NCBI GenBank assembly: GCA_963663805.2
Contig: CAXXMR010000002.1
Coordinates: 32,001-96,000 of the forward strand
Source of the DNA: Sedimentisphaerales bacterium
Lineage (GTDB): Bacteria > Planctomycetota > Phycisphaerae > Sedimentisphaerales > SM23-30
Reading direction: 5' to 3'
DNA length: 64,000 nt
Made by a program: the position numbers and the translations under genes
The notes under the pieces: model-generated
What the model saw: only the letters and a program-made list of their open reading frames with translations
Databases searched by the model: none
Told to the model about the DNA's origin: nothing
In this document: positions 10,197 to 19,443 of the stretch, in pieces
Numbering within the stretch: the stretch's first letter is position 1
Layout of the letters: each line of letters begins with the position of its first letter

Positions 10197-10241
10197 TCCT
10201 GTTTCTCCTATGTTAAAGTTGAGTTATTGAATATTGTTTTT

Positions 10242-10871
10242 TTATTGATACTTGCGACAGCGTGTTAATAAACTGCCAACAAACATGATTGTAATAGTTA
10301 GTGGTTCTGGTACAAGTGTTGCGGATGTGATATGTCCTTCAATACTAAAAAACTGCTCGCAGTCTATTACGCCATCTATCACGAGATAATTATAGTCCCA
10401 ATCTGAAAGAACAGGTGCATCCAACGGTAAATCTAAATTGGCATTCGCTGCCTGTGTATTATCATTCAAATACCATCCGATACGATCTATGGGTATTGTT
10501 TCAACCGGATAATTCCAAGAACTAATAACTGCATAGCCATCTTGGTTATACGAATTATTAGAAATTGCCAATCTGTAATCACTCAAACTTTTGAAGGTGA
10601 AAGTTCCAATATGCAAAACCATTTCCGTGCCAAATCCATCTTGAACCCAACGAGCAGTGTTAGGATTTGTGCTTGTATCGGGGACTGTAGTATCATAAGA
10701 ATATGTGCCAGTAATTATATCGCTTGGAGATACTTGACCTCCAAGCAAATCGCAAGGATCATTTATCGTATCAACCACACCTTCAATAGCAATGGTTATG
10801 ATTGCCGCTGAACAGGCAGAAGCGGCAAAAGCTAAAGTCGCCACAAAAACAATGATAACGCCCTTTTTCAT
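10242..10871 (-). CDS. PEP-CTERM sorting-domain protein (array unit 2)
   Basis: Signal peptide; ITSATLVPEP + TM + basic tail; GGAGG RBS. Confidence 0.9.
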   Translation of the reverse strand: MKKGVIIVFVATLAFAASACSAAIITIAIEGVVDTINDPCDLLGGQVSPSDIITGTYSYDTTVPDTSTNPNTARWVQDGFGTEMVLHIGTFTFKSLSDYRLAISNNSYNQDGYAVISSWNYPVETIPIDRIGWYLNDNTQAANANLDLPLDAPVLSDWDYNYLVIDGVIDCEQFFSIEGHITSATLVPEPLTITIMFVGSLLTRCRKYQ

Positions 10872-10982
10872 GTCAAATCCTCCGTAAAAGTGTAATTGTT
10901 AAGTTCCTATTTTGATTATATGTGGTGTCCAGTCTAATCGACGACCCCATTTTTTTAAAAAAAGGGAACCGCCACGATTACG

Positions 10983-11099
10983 CCAACTCTAGGTTCGGCA
11001 GAACCCGGCAAGGCCGTAAAAGCAACGGCGCCCTTGTTCGCAAAGGGCACCGAGCCTTTCAAGCCGCCTTACCAAGCTAAACTGCCGATTTAGAGTTGG
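10983..11099 (-). ncRNA. Candidate structured RNA element, copy B2
   Basis: Stems ccaactcta/tagagttgg, tcggcag/ctgccga, tggtaaggc/gccttgccg (G-U), cggtgccctt/aagggcgccg. Confidence 0.7.
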
Positions 11100-11206
11100 G
11101 CGAATGAAATCTCGATGATCTCAGTTATTCAATTATTATATTACCTGCATTCTGCCTAAATTAACGCTCCTGACATAAATGACTTCCCAATCTTACGACT
11201 TTCTAC

Positions 11207-11235
11207 ACTCTATCAGGTGTTTGATCTCATTGCAA
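11207..11235 (-). promoter_or_regulatory. Sigma70-type promoter between elements A2 and B2
   Basis: TTGCAA-17bp-TAGAGT. Confidence 0.55.
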
Positions 11236-11336
11236 GAGAAAAAACTATTATTTTCGTCACAGCAGCCCCGACCAACTGCTGTAACTATAAGGAGTTAGCG
11301 TTCTTTGCGCGCAAAGGGAACGCCGTCACGATTATG

Positions 11337-11460
11337 CCTGTCCTAGGCCCGCAAAAGCCCTGCAAGGTCATAAAAGCAAACGGCGTTCCTGTTTCTACAA
11401 ACCAGAAACGCCGAGCTTTCCACGCCACCTTGCATTGCTAAATTTGCGGTTTAGGACAGG
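11337..11460 (-). ncRNA. Candidate structured RNA element, copy A2
   Basis: Stems cctgtccta/taggacagg, ccgcaaa/tttgcgg, tgcaaggt/accttgca, cggcgtttctg/caggaacgccg. Confidence 0.7.
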
Positions 11461-11602
11461 TGGTATGAAATCTCGGTGTATGGTCGATTTCAAATATTCA
11501 GATGTGTTCAGCTCGTTTAGGTCAAATAAATCTCCTGAAAGAAAAATCGTATACTAGCAATCTACATCAAGAAATCGGAAAAGCAAATTAAAAATGAAAA
11601 AA

Positions 11603-12121
11603 TTATGTTAATGCCGAATTGCTGTTACTTCCCCAGCCGTAAATCGTTCCGGCGTATTCGATTGTCAGGCGATGGTTGTAGCCGTCATCGATAGCGACGA
11701 TGTTTTCGAGATAATCCGAATTGCTGGGCTGTTCTCCGGCGTATACCTTCTGGGGTGAGTCATAATCGGTCCATTCCCAGACATTGCCGTTAATATCATC
11801 TACTGCAAGAGAATGATACCATCCAGCATCGACAGCAACGATATCTTCGAGAAATCCTGAAGAGGTGTTCATGTCGCCATCGTGAGTCTGTAATAGATAA
11901 GGTGATATTATTGTAAAAGGATCATTGATACCAAGCCTGCCAAGGTTATTGCTCCCGCATGCCCAGACTGTCTTATTTTCCATTAGTACAAGTGTATGGT
12001 ATTCTCCGCCCGAAATCGCTATTGCCCTAAGACAAGTCTCGTCTGCATTTGAAATTGCAGTGAAGGTGACAATAACCATAAAAGTGACAACTAAAGCCTT
12101 TTTTGCGCGCATCATCTCCAT
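11603..12121 (-). CDS. Short RCC1-repeat paralog with internal deletion and C-terminal truncation (unit 1); possibly a pseudogene
   Basis: N-terminus matches the 1053-aa protein; jumps from NGNVWEW to AGEQPSNSDYLE; same WGSNSNSALT end as unit 2. Confidence 0.7.
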   Translation of the reverse strand: MEMMRAKKALVVTFMVIVTFTAISNADETCLRAIAISGGEYHTLVLMENKTVWACGSNNLGRLGINDPFTIISPYLLQTHDGDMNTSSGFLEDIVAVDAGWYHSLAVDDINGNVWEWTDYDSPQKVYAGEQPSNSDYLENIVAIDDGYNHRLTIEYAGTIYGWGSNSNSALT

Positions 12122-12157
12122 TTTCTCCTTTCACGAGATTAAAATGATGAATATTTA

Positions 12158-12787
12158 TTAAACTTTACGACGACGCATTATTACCAAGCTACCTAACACC
12201 AGTATACCCATAGTCATAGGTTCTGGGATAACTATTGCAGAAGTGATGTGGCCTTCTATAGCATATTGATTATCACAATCAATCGCCCCTTCAATAGTTA
12301 AATGATTAAAATCCCAATCTGAAAGATTGGGAGCGTCTAACGGAATATTCAAATTGGCGATTGCAGTTTGAGTGCTGTCGTTTAGAAGCCATGCCATATT
12401 GTTTACCGGCAAATTGTCAACTAAAAAACTCGACGAGCTTACTGGACCATATCCATCTTTGCCGTAGGAATCATTGGAAATGCCAAATAAATAATTAGTC
12501 GTAATAAATTCCAATGTTCCAATATTTATCGAAAATTTAGTACTCTGGTCAGTTTGGTACCAATAAGCAACATTGGTATTAGAGCTTGCGTTCGGCAATG
12601 TTGTATCATAAGAGTATAATCCAGTAATCGTATCTCCAGTAGTAATTTGACCTACAAGCAAACTGCACGGATCATCTACAGAATCGACTACCCCTTCTAC
12701 AGCAATAGTGATAATTGTCGCTGAGCAAACAGCGGTTGCTAGAGTAACAACTAAACATACCCCTAAAACATTAAAAAACTTTTTCAT
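12158..12787 (-). CDS. PEP-CTERM sorting-domain protein (array unit 1)
   Basis: Signal peptide; IPEPMT + TM + RRRK; GGAGG RBS. Confidence 0.9.
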   Translation of the reverse strand: MKKFFNVLGVCLVVTLATAVCSATIITIAVEGVVDSVDDPCSLLVGQITTGDTITGLYSYDTTLPNASSNTNVAYWYQTDQSTKFSINIGTLEFITTNYLFGISNDSYGKDGYGPVSSSSFLVDNLPVNNMAWLLNDSTQTAIANLNIPLDAPNLSDWDFNHLTIEGAIDCDNQYAIEGHITSAIVIPEPMTMGILVLGSLVIMRRRKV

Positions 12788-12900
12788 GTCAAACCTCCGT
12801 AATAATATGATTGTTAGGTTCCTATTTCGATTATATGTGGTGTCCAGTTTGTTTGACCATAAATTTTTAGCGCAATTAAATGGGACACCGCCACAAAGTG

Positions 12901-13007
12901 CTCACGTAAGGCCCGCTAAAGCCCTGAGGGACACTTGCAGACAGCGTCCCTATCGGGACACTGCCCACTGTTCGATCCCTCATGTAGAATTAGCGGTTTA
13001 ACGTGAG
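12901..13007 (-). ncRNA. Candidate structured RNA element, copy B1 (most divergent)
   Basis: Stems ctcacgt/acgtgag, ccgctaa/ttagcgg, tgaggga/tccctca, cagtgtccc/gggacgctg; sequence differs but pairing is retained. Confidence 0.65.
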
Positions 13008-13117
13008 ACGATCACTGGTTACAGCGAATTATTATTCAAATGTTAAAGGCGGCGTATTTCGCCTAAATTAACGCTCCTAACGAATATAAATGACTTCCCA
13101 ATCTTACGACTTCCTGT

Positions 13118-13146
13118 ACTTTATCAGATGTTTGATCTCATTGCAA
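13118..13146 (-). promoter_or_regulatory. Sigma70-type promoter between elements A1 and B1
   Basis: TTGCAA-17bp-TAAAGT. Confidence 0.6.
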
Positions 13147-13248
13147 GAGAAAAAACTTTTATTTCTGTCACAGCAGCCCCGACCAACTGCTGTAACAATA
13201 AGGACTTAGCGTTCTTTGCGCGCAAAGAGGACGCCGTCGCAGTTATGC

Positions 13249-13370
13249 CTGCTCTAGGCCCGCAAAAGCCCGGTAAGGTCACAAAAGCAAACGGCGTCCT
13301 TGTTCTACAAACCAAGGACACCGAGCCTTTCAGACTACCTTACCTTATCTAAGTTTGCGGTTTAGAGCAG
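13249..13370 (-). ncRNA. Candidate structured RNA element, copy A1
   Basis: Stems ctgctcta/tagagcag, ccgcaaa/tttgcgg, ggtaaggt/accttacc, cggtgtccttg/caaggacgccg. Confidence 0.7.
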
Positions 13371-13646
13371 ATAGCTTGAAATCTCAGTGTATGATGATTT
13401 CTAATATTCAGATGTATTTCTTTACGTGATTTTTCCTATAGCTTCTCCTGAAAAAGGAATCATATATTGGCAATATACCACAATAACAGGCCTAAGGCAA
13501 ATAAAGACCTGCATAATTCTGGAATTTTCTTTCAACTTTTCCCACACACCATGCCGAAGTAAATACAGACTGTTATTCTGGTCCGGTCAGGGAAGTTTGT
13601 TTAGAGTGGGCGGATTCTTTGTGTACCTGTTTAGGAGCTTGATAAT

Positions 13647-14269
13647 ATGGCGGTATTTCCGAAACTGGAAAATGATATTGCGGCTCTGGCTGAAGGGATG
13701 ATTGATGGTTTTACTTTGCATCCCGATGATTTCCCCGGTGTGGATGTCGCTGCTTTGCGGGGCATTCTCTCTGAATACAAGCAGGCTCGCCATCAGCAGG
13801 AACAGCTGCAGGGACAGGCACTTCGGGCCACGCATATCAAAAAGGAAAAACTCCGTCAGCTCAAACGCCGGATGCGTAATGACCTTAATATCGCCGAGGC
13901 CCACAACTCAGCTAAGCCGGATAACCTTACGTTTATCGGCTGGTCAGTTAAAAGGCCGCGTCGCCCGGTCGAGCCGCCGGCGATGCCTACCGACCTGCGT
14001 ATCATCAGCGACAGTAGTCTGCCGGCCGATGAGATCACCCTGAGCTGGACCTGTCCCCAGTCCGGCGGACCGGTCCGTAACTATATCATCAAACGCCGCA
14101 CGCTTAACCTACCGGGACAGGATACCGATTGGCAGCTCATCGACTTCTACTACGACAATCTCATAACCCTCAAAACCAGCCCCGCGGCGTGCAGTTGGAA
14201 TATACCGTCACCGCCTGCAACTATTCCGGCAGCAGTGTCCCCAGCAATGCCTTGCGGGTTGTCCTTTGA
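13647..14269 (+). pseudogene. Fibronectin type III domain protein with a 1-nt frameshift near 14172-14175
   Basis: PPAMPTDLRI..ITLSW..GGPVRNYIIKRR FN3 pattern; the final strands QPRGVQLEYTVTACNYSGSSVPSNALRVVL* lie in another frame after ctcaaaacc. Confidence 0.65.
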
Positions 14270-14367
14270 TCCGATCAATATTAGCTGAAAACTAAACCAA
14301 ATCTCTTAACTGGTCAAATATCGGCACGCTAAACTTACATTTACTTCAAATGGGGCGTTTACCTTTC

Positions 14368-14476
14368 GAAATCCGGTTCCGGCAGAATATGTATGGGGCA
14401 AGTCGGCAGGGCTCTGATAAAGGCTGGGCCGTAGCGTTTGGTTACCACGCGCGGGTCAAGGATTACGATTCTGCCG
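14368..14476 (-). repeat. Diverged inverted copy of the 3' end of the dinG-family gene (37227-37335)
   Basis: Reverse complement aligns with cggcagaatcgtaatcct...catattctgccggaaacggatttc. Confidence 0.9.
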
Positions 14477-15072
14477 GGGCAAATTTAAAGTGTCCGATAC
14501 ATTTTCCATTCGCTTTATCAAAATTAAACATCCGCCGCTGCGGAAAAGAATCGCGACAATGAAATCTACAATTAATCTATCACAAAAACCCGAAAATTAC
14601 AAAAATATTCAAAAAAACCACAAAAAACTGCATTTTTGCCTGTTGTTTGAAATTTAAGATTTTCCCATTGCCGTTAATCATCCAACCCTTGGCCAAAGGC
14701 CGAAACCACGCCGTTGACATGCTTGCCAGCCATGCAAGCGACCAGCGGGAGCGTCAAATACGCCAAACGCTCGCGGCGATCTGCCCACCGCAGGTGTTTG
14801 AAGTTTTGATAGCCGTTAAAAATCCGCGGTTTAATATTTCCGTTGCCGTTGTTAGGATTTAGTTCTTCGGATTTAGGATTTGTATAGTTCCTCCAGCAAA
14901 GCCGGAGAAACTATACTATATGGTACTTTTTTAAGAAAAATTGCCAAAAAAAGGTGATATGGTATAGTTAAGACTCGCCGAAAATCCAAAAAAACGCTCA
15001 AAAACCTGAAAAAACCTCCTAAAACACCCAAAAATCAACCAATATCTCGCGAAAAATCCAGAATTTTTACCC

Positions 15073-15101
15073 TTTACAGCCAACCCCAACATCTATATAA
15101 T
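15073..15101 (+). promoter_or_regulatory. Sigma70 promoter of rpmE-prfA
   Basis: TTTACA-17bp-TATAAT, preceded by 10-bp-phased A-tracts. Confidence 0.7.
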
Positions 15102-15153
15102 CTGGAATTCTATAAAGTTGATAGAAGTGCAAGAAGATATAGGAGATGCACAA

Positions 15154-15378
15154 GTGAAAGAAGGCATTCATCCCCAATATGAAGACGCTACCGTTAAGTG
15201 CGGTTGTGGCAATACGTTCCAGACCAAGTCGACCATGAAAGAAATCCGTGTGGAAATCTGTTCCGCTTGCCACCCGTTCTATACCGGCAAGCAGAAGTTC
15301 GTCGATACCGCTGGCCGAATCGAAAAATTCAACAAGAAATTCGGAAATTACGCCGACAAACTCAAGAAAAACTCGTAG
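15154..15378 (+). CDS. rpmE: 50S ribosomal protein L31 (zinc-binding type)
   Basis: [41 protein letters not shown] start after AGGAG. Confidence 0.97.
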   Translation: MKEGIHPQYEDATVKCGCGNTFQTKSTMKEIRVEICSACHPFYTGKQKFVDTAGRIEKFNKKFGNYADKLKKNS

Positions 15379-15450
15379 ATATTTTTTCGTACCCAATATC
15401 ACGCTGTTTGAATGCCGTAACAAGCGGTTTTAGAGCAGCGTGATTTTTTT

Positions 15451-16563
15451 ATGGACCAAATTATGAGCCTGGAACTGACCGCCACCGACGAAAAAATCCT
15501 GGCCAAGCTGGCTGAGCTGGACCAGAGATTCACCGCCCTGGAAGCCCAGATGAACGACCCGGCCATCTCCAGCAACCCCAACCAGATTGTCAAAATCGCT
15601 AAAGAACACGGCAAGCTGGGCCGGCTGGTTAATTCCTACCGCCACTTCAATAATACCAGAAAACAGCTCGATGAAGCCTTGGTAATGCAGGCCGATGCCG
15701 ACAATGACCCGGAAATGCGCGAGCTGGCGGCCTCGGAAGCCGAGGAACTCACCGAAAACGCCCGCAAAATGCTGGAACAGGCCAAAGAATCTCTGGTGAT
15801 GAGCTCCGATACCGCTATCGACTCGGTCATCGTGGAAATTCGCGCTGGCACCGGCGGCGATGAAGCCGCCCTGTTTGTCGGCGACCTCTACGGCATGTAC
15901 AGCCGCTACTGCGAAAAACACGGTTTCAAAATCGAACAGATGGAATTTTCACCTACCGAGATGGGCGGATTCCGCGAAGTGATTTTCGGCGTCAAAGGCG
16001 ATAATATCTGGAGTATTCTCGGCTACGAAGGCGGCGGCCATCGCGTCCAGCGGGTACCCGAAACCGAAGCTCAAGGACGTATCCACACTTCCGCGGCAAC
16101 GGTGGCGGTGCTGCCTGAGCCGGAAGATCTCGACATCGATATTAAACCTGATGAGGTTATCGAGCATGTGGCCCGCTCCAGCGGCCCAGGCGGCCAGAGC
16201 GTCAATAAAACCAGTTCAGCTATCAAACTCCAACACATCGCCACCGGCATAACCGTCAGTATGCAGGACGAAAAAAGTCAGCATAAAAATCGCGCCAAGG
16301 CCTGGCGTATCCTCCGCACTCGCGTTTACGACCACTTCCGCCTGCAAAAAGAAGCCGAACGTTCCTCCGCCCGCAAAAGTATGATAGGCTCCGGCGACCG
16401 TTCTCAGAGAATTCGCACTTATAACTTCCCGCAGAATCGTGTCACCGACCATCGCATTAATCTTTCGCTTTACAGCCTGGACAAGGTCATCATGGGCGAG
16501 ATAGACGAACTCATCAAAGGGCTCATTGATTACGATAAGGCCCAGCGACTGCAAGATCTCTGA
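15451..16563 (+). CDS. prfA: Peptide chain release factor 1
   Basis: GGQ motif, PxT (VPET) specificity motif, [16 protein letters not shown]; follows rpmE. Confidence 0.96.
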   Translation: MDQIMSLELTATDEKILAKLAELDQRFTALEAQMNDPAISSNPNQIVKIAKEHGKLGRLVNSYRHFNNTRKQLDEALVMQADADNDPEMRELAASEAEELTENARKMLEQAKESLVMSSDTAIDSVIVEIRAGTGGDEAALFVGDLYGMYSRYCEKHGFKIEQMEFSPTEMGGFREVIFGVKGDNIWSILGYEGGGHRVQRVPETEAQGRIHTSAATVAVLPEPEDLDIDIKPDEVIEHVARSSGPGGQSVNKTSSAIKLQHIATGITVSMQDEKSQHKNRAKAWRILRTRVYDHFRLQKEAERSSARKSMIGSGDRSQRIRTYNFPQNRVTDHRINLSLYSLDKVIMGEIDELIKGLIDYDKAQRLQDL

Positions 16564-16568
16564 TAACC

Positions 16569-17390
16569 ATGATAACCAGCCTGCAAAATAACCTGGTCAA
16601 ATGCGTGGTCAAACTCAAAGACCGCAAACACAGACAGCGCGAGAATATTTTCCTCATCGAAGGCGAAACAGAACTTCGGCACGCTTTGGCCAATACTATC
16701 GAATTTGAAACTCTGCTCTACTGTCCTTCGATAATGCGGGCGAATCTGGATTTTAACACTCCGGAAAAACTCAAGTCATGTCCCCAATTCAGTCAGACAG
16801 AAATCATCGAAGTGACCGAACAGGTTTTCGCCAAAATTGCCTACCGCGACCAGACCGGCGGGATAGTCGCCCTGGCTCACACACCAAAAATAACTACCGC
16901 TGACATATCGCTATCCGACAATCCCTTCATTCTCGTTGTCCACGGCGTGGAAAAACCCGGCAATCTGGGCGCTTTACTGCGGACCGCTGACGCAGCGGGA
17001 GTCGATGCGATTTTACTTTGTGACCCCGACATCGATCTCTATAATCCCAATGTTATCCGCGCCAGCCTGGGAGCGATTTTTACCGTTGGAACGGTAATCA
17101 TGTCGTCGAGCGATGCCCTGGATTGGCTGAAGAAAAATAAAATCAATATTATTGTTTCCACTCCCGACACTACCGCCAACTATTGCGATATTAATCTTGC
17201 CGGCGCGACGGCTCTGGTTGTGGGCAGCGAAAAGGACGGGGTTAGCGATGAATGGCTTGGTCCTGACCTCAAACAGGTTCGCATTCCCATGTATGGGCAG
17301 ATGGATTCGCTGAATATTTCCTGTAGTGCGGCGATTTTGCTTTATGAAACATTACGTCAACGGGGCGGCGGTGCCTTCGGCGGGGTTTGA
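16569..17390 (+). CDS. TrmH/SpoU family RNA 2'-O-methyltransferase
   Basis: EKPGNLGALLRTADAAG, VGSEKDG, IPMYGQMDSLNIS. Confidence 0.92.
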   Translation: MITSLQNNLVKCVVKLKDRKHRQRENIFLIEGETELRHALANTIEFETLLYCPSIMRANLDFNTPEKLKSCPQFSQTEIIEVTEQVFAKIAYRDQTGGIVALAHTPKITTADISLSDNPFILVVHGVEKPGNLGALLRTADAAGVDAILLCDPDIDLYNPNVIRASLGAIFTVGTVIMSSSDALDWLKKNKINIIVSTPDTTANYCDINLAGATALVVGSEKDGVSDEWLGPDLKQVRIPMYGQMDSLNISCSAAILLYETLRQRGGGAFGGV

Positions 17391-17427
17391 TGATTGTTTT
17401 GGAGTAAAGGAGGGGTTGGGGTACTCG

Positions 17428-17451
17428 GATCTGGCCGCTTACGCGGCTCGG
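17428..17451. repeat. Short palindromic REP-like repeat, also at 59017-59040
   Basis: gatcYggccgcttacgcggctcgg in two intergenic regions; hairpin ggccgc-ttac-gcggct. Confidence 0.55.
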
Positions 17452-17520
17452 CTTCTGATAGTGGTTGGGATTGATTTGTTGGTTTGTGGTGGGGCTAAAT
17501 GTAAAATTAACAGCTTTAAA

Positions 17521-18690
17521 TTATTGTAAGGGGATGTCGAACTCGAAGGCGTGTCTCGCCAGGCGATGTGGTCGATGTCTGGCGACATTAAACAGCAAAC
17601 CCACTGCGATAAAATTCGACACCAGACCACTGCCGCCATAACTTACAAACGGCAAGGTCATGCCCGTTACCGGCATTATCCCCATCGTCATACCCACATT
17701 GATAAACATCTGCGCAGCCAGCAGCGTTGCGATACCTATCGCGAGTAATCGGCCAAAGGGGTCAACCTGAGTTGAAGCTATCTCTACCGCTGCTGTCAAT
17801 ACCAGCCCATACAAAATCAGCAGCAGGATTACTCCGACAAGGCCCCACTGATGAGAAATCAGAGCGAAGATAAAATCGTTGTGCCGGTCGGGCAGGGGAC
17901 GATATTTTACAAACGTACTGGTTTCCTCGGTCTTGCCCGCAACTCCGCCGGTGGCGATATATATTTTCGACTGCCGCAACTGATAACCCGGACCGCGGAG
18001 CCAGTAAGGATTATCATCGTTCTGCCGCAAAAGCACTTCTATACGTTCGCGCTGATAAGGTTCCATCTTCAGATAAAACAGCGGACACATGCCCAGTCCC
18101 ACCAGGATGATTGTCAACAGATGCTTAACTCGAGCACCAGCCACAAACAACATTGCGAAAAGCACCGGCAGAAAAAGCATAACCGTCCCCAAATCCGGTT
18201 CAAGCAGGATAAGTGCCATCGGCAGCATTGTCAGGGCAAAAGGGGCGATTAGTCCACTGAGATTTCTATAATGACTGCGCTGGCGAAGATACCAAGCCAG
18301 GGCGGCGATATATGTCAGCTTTGCCAGCTCCGAAGGCTGGACGCGGCTGGCATCGACTGTGGGTATAACATAAATCCACCGGCAAGCACCACGAATGGCT
18401 GGGACCAGCTCACGTATCCCCAGATATTTACCTACCAGAACCAGAACCAGCAATACCAGCGTTAAGCCGAACAGAAAATAACTTATCTGGCCCAGCCAGC
18501 GATAATGCACCAGATTAACCGCAGCGAACGTGGCCAGGCCAACTCCCAGAAAAATCATCTGCCGATTGGATTCGGCCAAATGACCGGAATCACGAATCGT
18601 CATCAGGCCTATCAGAACGAGAGCCCCCACAGCCAGCATCATCACCAGCCTTAACCCGCCCATTCGTCCATAAATTATTCTTTCCAACAT
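17521..18690 (-). CDS. rodA: SEDS family protein (RodA/FtsW)
   Basis: GACRWI, QPSELAKL, EPDLGT, HNDFIF, PVTGMTLPFVSYGGS. Confidence 0.85.
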   Translation of the reverse strand: MLERIIYGRMGGLRLVMMLAVGALVLIGLMTIRDSGHLAESNRQMIFLGVGLATFAAVNLVHYRWLGQISYFLFGLTLVLLVLVLVGKYLGIRELVPAIRGACRWIYVIPTVDASRVQPSELAKLTYIAALAWYLRQRSHYRNLSGLIAPFALTMLPMALILLEPDLGTVMLFLPVLFAMLFVAGARVKHLLTIILVGLGMCPLFYLKMEPYQRERIEVLLRQNDDNPYWLRGPGYQLRQSKIYIATGGVAGKTEETSTFVKYRPLPDRHNDFIFALISHQWGLVGVILLLILYGLVLTAAVEIASTQVDPFGRLLAIGIATLLAAQMFINVGMTMGIMPVTGMTLPFVSYGGSGLVSNFIAVGLLFNVARHRPHRLARHAFEFDIPLQ

Positions 18691-18803
18691 CCGTGTTTAC
18701 CTATACTACATTTACCGTCATTCTAACAAGTTTGTCCGGGGTGGTAAATGACCGAAAGGTAAATCAAATTGTTGTCAGGGGCCAAACCAGCTATTATTAC
18801 GCC

Positions 18804-19382
18804 ATGAAAAGAATCATCATCATCGACAACTACGACTCTTTCACCTACAATCTTGTCCAGGCCGTCGCGGTTATCGAACAGGTTGAATGGGTAAAAGTTT
18901 TCCGCAATGACCAGATTACTCCTGCGGACCTGGCCCCCTTCCAACCAAGTCACCTTATCATCTCGCCCGGTCCCTGCACACCCGCCCAGGCTGGCGACAG
19001 CAATGATATTATTCGATATTGGCAAGGCCAAATCCCCATACTGGGCGTCTGCCTCGGCCATCAGTGTATCGCTGAAGTGCTCGGCGGAAAAATCATAAGA
19101 GCCCCCAAATGTATGCACGGCAAAACATCCCTGGTTCAGCATGACGGCCAAACTATTTTTACGGGACTACCCAATCCCTTCAAGGCTATGCGCTACCATT
19201 CCCTCATCGCCGAATTCACCAATCTTCCCGCTGATGTGGAAATCTCCGCCCAAACCGATACCGGCGAAATTATGGCACTTCGCAACCGCCAACTTAAACT
19301 CGAAGGGGTACAGTTCCACCCCGAAAGTTTCGCGACCAAGGTAGGCCCAAAACTTGTCCGAAACTTTTTAGACTTATCCTGA
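18804..19382 (+). CDS. trpG: Anthranilate/aminodeoxychorismate synthase component II (glutamine amidotransferase)
   Basis: IDNYDSFTYNL, ISPGPC, GVCLGHQ, RYHSL, GVQFHPES; ATG at 18804. Confidence 0.9.
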   Translation: MKRIIIIDNYDSFTYNLVQAVAVIEQVEWVKVFRNDQITPADLAPFQPSHLIISPGPCTPAQAGDSNDIIRYWQGQIPILGVCLGHQCIAEVLGGKIIRAPKCMHGKTSLVQHDGQTIFTGLPNPFKAMRYHSLIAEFTNLPADVEISAQTDTGEIMALRNRQLKLEGVQFHPESFATKVGPKLVRNFLDLS

Positions 19383-19410
19383 TGTTAATGTGTGGAGACA
19401 TAAAAAAAGA

Positions 19411-19443
19411 AAACATCGAGTACCCGAAGGCAACTCGATGTTT
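19411..19443 (-). terminator. Strong intrinsic terminator hairpin, U-tract on the minus strand (possibly bidirectional)
   Basis: aaacatcgagt...actcgatgttt stem; A-run at 19402-19413. Confidence 0.75.

Noticed and set aside
8661..13352. Three similar small plus-strand ORFs (8661-8897, 11217-11441, 13128-13352)
   Set aside because: Antisense to element A, no RBS, and 3' reading frames differ between copies; the similarity just reflects the DNA repeat
8417..13370. Integron attC sites or c-di-GMP riboswitches as the identity of the six elements
   Set aside because: No RYYYAAC/GTTRRRY box pair and no integrase in the window; the elements lie upstream of genes in pairs; GGCAAA..GACGCAAA core of c-di-GMP-I is absent
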